Shown: in pieces, positions 39,423 to 45,399 of the stretch
Numbering within the stretch: position 1 is the first letter of the stretch
How the letters are laid out: each line of letters begins with the position of its first letter
Assembly: GCA_043819155.1 (NCBI GenBank)
Contig: JBDRFC010000070.1
Coordinates: 1 to 45,399 of the forward strand
Length of the DNA: 45,399 nt
Origin: Chloroflexota bacterium
GTDB lineage: Bacteria; Chloroflexota; Dehalococcoidia; Dehalococcoidales; G020351185
Direction of reading: 5' to 3'
The notes under the pieces: generated by a model
Databases searched by the model: none
Told to the model about the DNA's origin: nothing
Seen by the model: only the letters and a program-made list of their open reading frames with translations
Program-made: the position numbers and the translations under genes

Positions 39423-40100
39423 ATGAGGATTATGGGTGCAGTATATCAAGCACTAGGTCTGGGCCTGATGGGTGCTATCGCCCCCTGTATTATGGCGGCT
39501 AATATCGCTGCTTTAGCCTACATCAGCCGCAGGATGACTAGCCCGAAATATACTGTATTAGCTGGCACGCTATATACTTTGGGACGCATGGTTGCATATT
39601 CTATCATTGGTATCATTATCATTATAATTGGTCATGAAATACCCGGTGTTGAAGAATTTTTTGAGAAGGGTTATTTTGTCTTAGGACCGTTTCTTATTGT
39701 TGCAGGGCTGCTTATGCTATTTATTGATAAGCTTCCCTTTTTTCAAGGAGGTGGCAGACTAACTGCACTCGGAGGCAAGGTAGCTGGTTGGGGGAAAATA
39801 GGGCCGTTTCTCCTTGGTATTATTCTCGCCCTGGCCTTTTGTCCTTATAGCGCTCTTCTGTTCTTTGGGATATTGATGCCTTCGGCCCTTCAAGCTCCTG
39901 GTGGATTCATACTTCCAGCAGTGTTTGCCTTTAGCACCGGGCTACCCGTGCTGGTAGTTGGCATGCTTTTATCTTTTGGCATAACCAGGGTTTCTTCATG
40001 GGTCAATGCAATTACCCGTTCTGAGCGCATAATACGTATAATAATTTCCACCGTCTTTATTGGAGGAGGTATATATTATGTCTATTTGTGGTTAAGATAG
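39423..40100 (+). CDS. ArsG/CcdA(DsbD)-like membrane protein
   Basis: AIAPCIMAANIAA, YTLGR, LAFCPYSA. Confidence 0.85.
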   Translation: MRIMGAVYQALGLGLMGAIAPCIMAANIAALAYISRRMTSPKYTVLAGTLYTLGRMVAYSIIGIIIIIIGHEIPGVEEFFEKGYFVLGPFLIVAGLLMLFIDKLPFFQGGGRLTALGGKVAGWGKIGPFLLGIILALAFCPYSALLFFGILMPSALQAPGGFILPAVFAFSTGLPVLVVGMLLSFGITRVSSWVNAITRSERIIRIIISTVFIGGGIYYVYLWLR

Positions 40101-40136
40101 AAGTTTACATTATATTTACAGAAGGGAGTCAGCAGC

Positions 40137-40634
40137 ATGAAATATAAAAATGTGTTATTGTTGGGAGCTGTGACGCTACTAGTAACGTCGCCGATACTTG
40201 TTGCCTGTGCTTGTGGGACTACACCAACAACACCAACAACGACAGCACCGACTACCACTATGGTGACGGAAACCAAGTCACTCGACATACTGGTGCAAAG
40301 TGTCGATCCTGATGTTGGTATACAAGTTTTGCTAATACCAAAGGATGAGAACGGTCTGTCGTTTGAGACTGAAGGCAACATCAGTGCTAAGCTTTGGTTA
40401 CAAGAAGAAAACGACATTGAGCCTACAAAGGGTCAGTTGTTACTAGAATGGAATGACATCTATGTAACCAAACAAGATTATACTCCATTTATGGGACTCA
40501 AAATACCTTTAGTGTGGGATGAATTCTATCATCAAGGGTATTGTGCCCTTGATGTAACACTAACAATGCCAGACGGGGCAGCGTTGTCTGGTGAAATAAT
40601 AGACATCATTCCTTCGATTTTTGAAGCTTGCTGA
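40137..40634 (+). CDS. putative lipoprotein with Thr-rich linker
   Basis: Signal peptide with lipobox-like VAC/ACG; TTPTTPTTT linker; ends ...FEAC then TGA-TAG-TAA. Confidence 0.75.
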   Translation: MKYKNVLLLGAVTLLVTSPILVACACGTTPTTPTTTAPTTTMVTETKSLDILVQSVDPDVGIQVLLIPKDENGLSFETEGNISAKLWLQEENDIEPTKGQLLLEWNDIYVTKQDYTPFMGLKIPLVWDEFYHQGYCALDVTLTMPDGAALSGEIIDIIPSIFEAC

Positions 40635-40762
40635 TAGTAATTGGAACAATTACCCAACCGTGTGTTGGGTATAGAATCCAGAGAAACAAGGCAATGAAGG
40701 GCAAGGTTGAAAATGATATTAATTTTACGCTTTTTAGCATGGCCATGATCAGGTGTTAACCA

Positions 40763-41491
40763 ATGACGCATTGTTGGGTATGTAACCTTGGATTGATTCC
40801 TTATAAAGAGGCACAGGAACTCCAGCGAAGGTTGATTACACTTAGGCAAGAAGGTGGGATTGATGACATCCTGCTCCTGCTGGAGCACCCGCCGACTGTT
40901 ACTCTGGGCCGTTTCGCCAGTTCGGAAAATATACTGGTTACACCGGAGGAACTGAAACGGCGGGGTATTGCCCTCTATTTATCTGACCGCGCCGGTGAAG
41001 CTACTTTTCACTGTCCTGGCCAAATTGTTGTTTATCCGATTATGGACATCAGGCACAGGGTAGGGAGACTGCGTGAATACCTGCACTGCCTGGAAGAAGT
41101 GGCTCTGCAGACCCTGGCACATTTTGATATCAGTGCCGGGAGGTGGTCAGGGCACCCCGGTATCTGGAAAGACGGAGAGCAGATAGCCGCTGTTGGACTG
41201 CTCGTGAGCCGGGGAATAACCATGCACGGTCTTTCGCTTAATGTGAACCCAGACTTGTATGATTTTGAGGTGATAAATCTGTGTGGCTTACCTAACAAGA
41301 AAGCTACCTCTATGAGCCGGGCGCTGGGCTATGAGTTGGATATCGATGATGTTTTCCAATGCACCGAGGACATATTTTCCAGTATATTTGGGGTTGAACT
41401 TGAAACTATATCATTAGAACAAGTGATAGGAGACAGTTATGGGGCGAAGTCTGCCGGAGTGGTTCAAGCAGAGGGTACCGCGAACCGGTGA
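40763..41491 (+). CDS. lipB: lipoyl(octanoyl) transferase (divergent)
   Basis: LLEHPPTVTLG, TFHCPGQ.V.YP, HG.SLNV, NLCGL. Confidence 0.88.
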   Translation: MTHCWVCNLGLIPYKEAQELQRRLITLRQEGGIDDILLLLEHPPTVTLGRFASSENILVTPEELKRRGIALYLSDRAGEATFHCPGQIVVYPIMDIRHRVGRLREYLHCLEEVALQTLAHFDISAGRWSGHPGIWKDGEQIAAVGLLVSRGITMHGLSLNVNPDLYDFEVINLCGLPNKKATSMSRALGYELDIDDVFQCTEDIFSSIFGVELETISLEQVIGDSYGAKSAGVVQAEGTANR

Positions 41492-42311
41492 AGACCGGGG
41501 TGCTGATGCTCTTATAAAAGGGCTTAATCTGCATACTATCTGTGAAAGCGGCCACTGCCCTAATATATCGCAGTGCTTTCCCGGCGGAGCCGCCTTCCTT
41601 ATCTTGGGGAATACCTGCACCCGCAACTGCAATTTTTGCGCCGTCGACAAAGGACTGCCCTACCCTCCTGACCCGGATGAACCGGCTAATATTGCAGAAG
41701 CAGCCAAGCAGCTTAAACTTGATTACGTTTTCATCACCTCGGTGACACGTGATGACTTGCCTGATGACGGTGCCTGCCAATTCGTCCGCACCATTGAGCT
41801 AATACATAAAGAGTTACCCGGTGTCGGTGTGGAGGTCCTCGTTCCAGACTTCAAAGGAAGCCCTTCGGCTATTAGAGCTGTAGTACAGGTAGAACCGGAG
41901 GTAATGGGCCACAATATTGAAACCATACCGCGCCTTTACCCCCAGGTCAGGCCGATGGCTGACTACCAACGCTCCCTTGACGTGCTCTGTCAAAGTAAAG
42001 AGTTTGACCCCGGCATAATTACCAAGTCAGGGATAATGCTAGGTCTTGGAGAGACGGGCGAAGAAGTGATAGCGGTTATGCGCGATCTACGGCAGGTTGG
42101 CTGCGATCTATTGACGCTGGGCCAATACTTATCGCCATCAAGCCATAATTACCCGGTTAATAATTTCCCAACCCCCCAGGAGTTTGCTGATTTTATACCC
42201 ATTGGTATGGAAATGGGCTTCAGGGGAGTAGCATCGGCACCTCTTATGAGAAGTTCCTTTAAAGCCAATGAGCTATATCGTAAGGCTATTTTAGATAAGA
42301 ATTATATATAG
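41439..42311 (+). CDS. lipA: lipoyl synthase
   Basis: CESGHCPNISQC, CTRNCNFC, TSVTRDDL, GQYL, RSSF. Confidence 0.96.
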   Translation: MGRSLPEWFKQRVPRTGEDRGADALIKGLNLHTICESGHCPNISQCFPGGAAFLILGNTCTRNCNFCAVDKGLPYPPDPDEPANIAEAAKQLKLDYVFITSVTRDDLPDDGACQFVRTIELIHKELPGVGVEVLVPDFKGSPSAIRAVVQVEPEVMGHNIETIPRLYPQVRPMADYQRSLDVLCQSKEFDPGIITKSGIMLGLGETGEEVIAVMRDLRQVGCDLLTLGQYLSPSSHNYPVNNFPTPQEFADFIPIGMEMGFRGVASAPLMRSSFKANELYRKAILDKNYI

Positions 42312-42314
42312 AAG

Positions 42315-42386
<72 letters not shown>

Positions 42387-42433
42387 GTTACATCGAATTC
42401 TATCACTTCCATAAAAGTGACTCAAGTTTTAGC

Positions 42434-42508
42434 TGGAGCGGGAGACGGGACTCGAACCCGCGACAACCTGCTTGGAAGGCAGGGACTCTACCACTGAGTT
42501 ACTCCCGC
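42434..42508 (-). tRNA. tRNA-Gly(TCC)
   Basis: GCGGGAGTAACTCAGTGGTAGAG...CCTTCCAAG...GGTTCGAGTCCCGTCTCCCGCTCCA. Confidence 0.96.
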
Positions 42509-42575
42509 AAAGCAAGAGCTATTTTAACCCTGACGTTTCTTTTTGTCAAAATAGAGACTATATAATGCAGGGGTC

Positions 42576-42657
42576 TGGGGAAGGGGGGATTTGAACCCCC
42601 ACGCCTTGCGGCACATGATCCTAAATCATGCTCGTCTGCCAATTCCGACACTCCCCC
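42576..42657 (-). tRNA. tRNA-Leu(TAG)
   Basis: GGGGGAGTGTCGGAATTGGCAGACG...TTTAGGA, long variable arm, GGTTCAAATCC. Confidence 0.95.
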
Positions 42658-42869
42658 AAATATACGGATAAAGGCAAAGCTAATCTAGGTTTATACTATA
42701 GCATTACTACTAAAGTATCTCAATATTATTGCTTGTGCCACCGGTAACAATTTTACGCTTTTTATGACGCTATGGGGTTGACGTTCTTATCTTACTAAGT
42801 ATAAAATGCCTTACAAAACACTTTTAATTTTTGGCTTAAGAAAACCCTTTTTATTAATAAGGAGGAGAT

Positions 42870-44003
42870 ATGAACAAGTGGGTCTTTATCGCAGTTACCT
42901 TAATTCTTGTAGCGGCGACCGCTACTAACGGGGTACTTTACTTCCAGGAGAGCGGCAAGCTAAAAGATGCCCAATCCATGCTAGCTGATCTTGAAAGCAA
43001 TGTTTTTTCAATTGAGGGTGATGTTTCGAACCTCGAGGGGGGAATCTCCACCCTCGAAGGGAGTTTTACTAATTTAGATGATGATGTCTCAGTTTTGGAG
43101 AATGGTCTTTCTGGTTTACAGAGCAATGTCTCTAATCTGGATAGCGGGGTTTCTGGCCTGCAGGGCGATGTCTCAGATCTGGAAAGTGGCGTCTCCGGCC
43201 TGCAAACTGATTTCTCCACACTGGAGGATGATGTTTCAACCCTTGAGGGCGGTGTTTCCAGTCTGGAAGGAAATGTATCCACTCTGGAGGGCAATATCTC
43301 TAATCTTGAAGGTAATGTTTCAAACCTTGAGGGCAATGTCTCAAGCCTGGAAGGTGGCGTATCCGCCCTCGAAGATGATGTCTCCGCCCTGGAAGCGCAT
43401 GACCGCGCTGTAATGGATGTTGTGGCAATGCTTGAACCTTCCATTGTTAGGATTGATGTCATTGGTTCTGGAGGGATGGGAGCAGGTTCCGGTGTTATAA
43501 TCAGTAATACAGGTTGGGTACTGACCAACGCCCACGTATTAGAGGATGCCAACTCAATCGAGATTACACTCATGAACGGAGACACATACGCAGGTATTGT
43601 ATCAGAAGTTTTTTTTCATAAAAATCTCGATATAGCAATAGTAAAGATCAATTCTTCCCGGACCGATTTTCCAGCAGCCGTTTTAGGCTCTTCAGCCGAT
43701 ACAGAAGTTGGTGAGACAGTCGTAGCGATAGGTTTTCCAGACCCATTTTTCCTTTACGGGCAGGCTACATTTACGAGCGGTATAGTATCTGCATTTCGCA
43801 TTGCCTTGTTTGATGGACTTGAATATATCCAGACCGATGCGGCAATAAATCTGGGTAACAGTGGCGGGCCACTGGTCAACCTTAGAGGAGAAGTTATTGG
43901 TATAAACACATGGATTAATTTAGGTGAAGGAACAGACGAGGGTCTCAATTTCGCTGTTCCCATTGATGATCCTCAACCATTTCCCCCAGAAGTAACAGGT
44001 TAA
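42870..44003 (+). CDS. membrane-anchored trypsin-like (S1C) serine protease with coiled-coil stalk, no PDZ
   Basis: N-terminal TM; LTNAHV, DIA, QTDAAINLGNSGGPL triad motifs. Confidence 0.92.
   Translation: MNKWVFIAVTLILVAATATNGVLYFQESGKLKDAQSMLADLESNVFSIEGDVSNLEGGISTLEGSFTNLDDDVSVLENGLSGLQSNVSNLDSGVSGLQGDVSDLESGVSGLQTDFSTLEDDVSTLEGGVSSLEGNVSTLEGNISNLEGNVSNLEGNVSSLEGGVSALEDDVSALEAHDRAVMDVVAMLEPSIVRIDVIGSGGMGAGSGVIISNTGWVLTNAHVLEDANSIEITLMNGDTYAGIVSEVFFHKNLDIAIVKINSSRTDFPAAVLGSSADTEVGETVVAIGFPDPFFLYGQATFTSGIVSAFRIALFDGLEYIQTDAAINLGNSGGPLVNLRGEVIGINTWINLGEGTDEGLNFAVPIDDPQPFPPEVTG
42990..43395 (+). repeat. degenerate 21-nt (heptad) coding repeat
   Basis: LE(G/S/D)(N/G/D)VS(N/S/T/G) repeated about 19 times. 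Confidence 0.85.
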
Positions 44004-44207
44004 TTGAAAAGGTTATTCAGGTTATAATACGATTACTGACAACAGGGTTGGTAACTCTGGTTGTTTATACCACCTGATTAGCAGCTAAGGCATTGGGGCG
44101 TATGTATTAAACATTTGTTTACCATGCACCCCAATATGATATATTAGAACAAGCACTATATTTCCTTCTTACCGAAAGAAGCCGCATTAATACAATAGAA
44201 AGCTGAA

Positions 44208-44861
44208 ATGATAAAGGAAAACGTAATTGGAATATTGTGTGAATTGCCCCCGGGCGTTGAACTGGTTGCCGCCACCAAGACGAGAAGTCCGGCAGAGGTT
44301 CTGGAGGCTGTTGAAGCCGGCATCAGGATTATAGGCGAGAACTATATCCAGGAAGCCGAAGAGGCTTATGCAGTAGTGGGCAATATAGTTAGGTGGCACT
44401 TTATCGGCCACCTGCAGAGTAACAAGGTAAAAAAAGCGGTAAAAATATTCGATATGATAGAAACCGTTGACTCGGTAAAGATTGCCACTGAAATTGATAA
44501 ACACTGCTCTCAAATAGGTAAAGTAATGCCGGTACTCATCGAGATAAACAGCGGCCGGGAGGAACAGAAAAGCGGCGTCCTTCCGGAAGGCGCCGAAAGG
44601 CTGGTAAAAGATATTGCAACCTTTAAGAATATAAGAATAGAGGGATTGATGACCATGGGGCCACGCTCCGGTAACCCGGAAGACTCGAGGCCTTACTTTG
44701 TCGAAACAAGAAGAGTATTTGAAAATATAAAAGGACTGAATCTGCCCAATATAGATATGAAATACCTGTCCATGGGTATGACCAACTCTTATAGAGTTGC
44801 TCTGGAAGAGGGCGCTAATATGGTCAGAATAGGCAGTAAGATTTTCGGCGAAAGGCTCTGA
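44208..44861 (+). CDS. yggS: YggS/PLPBP pyridoxal phosphate homeostasis protein
   Basis: VAATK, GENYIQE, WHFIGHLQSNK, LSMGM, VRIGSKIFG. Confidence 0.97.
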   Translation: MIKENVIGILCELPPGVELVAATKTRSPAEVLEAVEAGIRIIGENYIQEAEEAYAVVGNIVRWHFIGHLQSNKVKKAVKIFDMIETVDSVKIATEIDKHCSQIGKVMPVLIEINSGREEQKSGVLPEGAERLVKDIATFKNIRIEGLMTMGPRSGNPEDSRPYFVETRRVFENIKGLNLPNIDMKYLSMGMTNSYRVALEEGANMVRIGSKIFGERL

Positions 44862-45399
44862 TTATAGCCAGGCTAGAAGTTCCATCCCTTTAGCTACATC
44901 ATTAAGGCTGGCAAAGGGTGTGCATTCTAAATTCATCCGCCTACAATCAGTTAGCATAGCACCGGTAGCGAAAATATAGCTTGATAACCTGGCGGAGGGT
45001 ACATCGGAGGCACCGTTGCCTATATAAATGACACGATAGCTATCCTTCAGGAAGTGTCTTATATAGGCTTCTTTAAAATCGTTCTGCAGTTCATTGCCAT
45101 CAGGCCCTATGTATCTTGCTTTTATGCCGCTCGGGTCAAATGCAGCCCGGGCTGCGAACACCTCAACACCGTTAATACCCAGGGCTTCCAGAATCGTGTT
45201 TATGTAGAACTCCAGCCCGTTGCTAACAATAACAAAGCGAAAATCCTTACAACGGCATAATTTCAGCAATTCGGGTAATCCATCCCTAACCCTCGTTTTT
45301 TCCTTAACAAATTCTTCCAGGGTTTCCTTGTCCGTTTTTACCATATTAAAAGCCCTTGTGTTGAAGCTACCGACGGATATTCTGCCCTCTTTATAATCC
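44862..45399 (-). CDS. MtnX-like HAD-IB phosphatase (5' end beyond window)
   Basis: VSNGLEFYI, YIGNGASD; frame stays open to the window edge (DYKEGRISVGSFNTRAFNMVK). Confidence 0.8.
   Translation of the reverse strand, partial: DYKEGRISVGSFNTRAFNMVKTDKETLEEFVKEKTRVRDGLPELLKLCRCKDFRFVIVSNGLEFYINTILEALGINGVEVFAARAAFDPSGIKARYIGPDGNELQNDFKEAYIRHFLKDSYRVIYIGNGASDVPSARLSSYIFATGAMLTDCRRMNLECTPFASLNDVAKGMELLAWL

Noticed and set aside
42990-43395. Periodic repeats as a CRISPR array
   Set aside because: They are degenerate in-frame 21-nt coding heptads with no spacers, and there are no cas genes.

Overview
This is a bacterial chromosome segment, most likely Dehalococcoidia (Chloroflexota), judged from gene order and protein style. 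The core left arm runs comM (partial), nusA-ylxR-infB-rbfA-truB, DUF5679, ino1-GT4-pgsA-purA, then rpsO-pnp-dapB-asd-dapA on the minus strand, then DUF503-DUF1998 helicase-lgt. An accessory region (about 18.7-42.3 kb) follows and ends at three tRNA genes; a stalked protease, yggS and a partial HAD phosphatase close the window. The accessory region holds an ArsR-DsrE2-TusA-DsrM/DsrK-like operon, an ECF sigma/DUF4382 module, mobile-element scars (two tRNA halves, a 5'-truncated integrase, dif-like sites, an IS3 end), a DUF134-NifX-Mrp operon, an ars-like operon followed by lipB-lipA, and two paralogous YedE/DUF3343/ribokinase-fold selenium/sulfur-trafficking operons. The best finding is in the second DUF3343 copy. 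It has an in-frame UGA exactly where its paralog has Cys (GGG-U-PDIP vs GGG-C-PDIP), followed by an fdhF-like SECIS hairpin and 51 more homologous codons. This is a probable selenoprotein missed by the ORF track, making the two operons a Sec/Cys isoform pair. All family assignments come from motif recognition without database searches.
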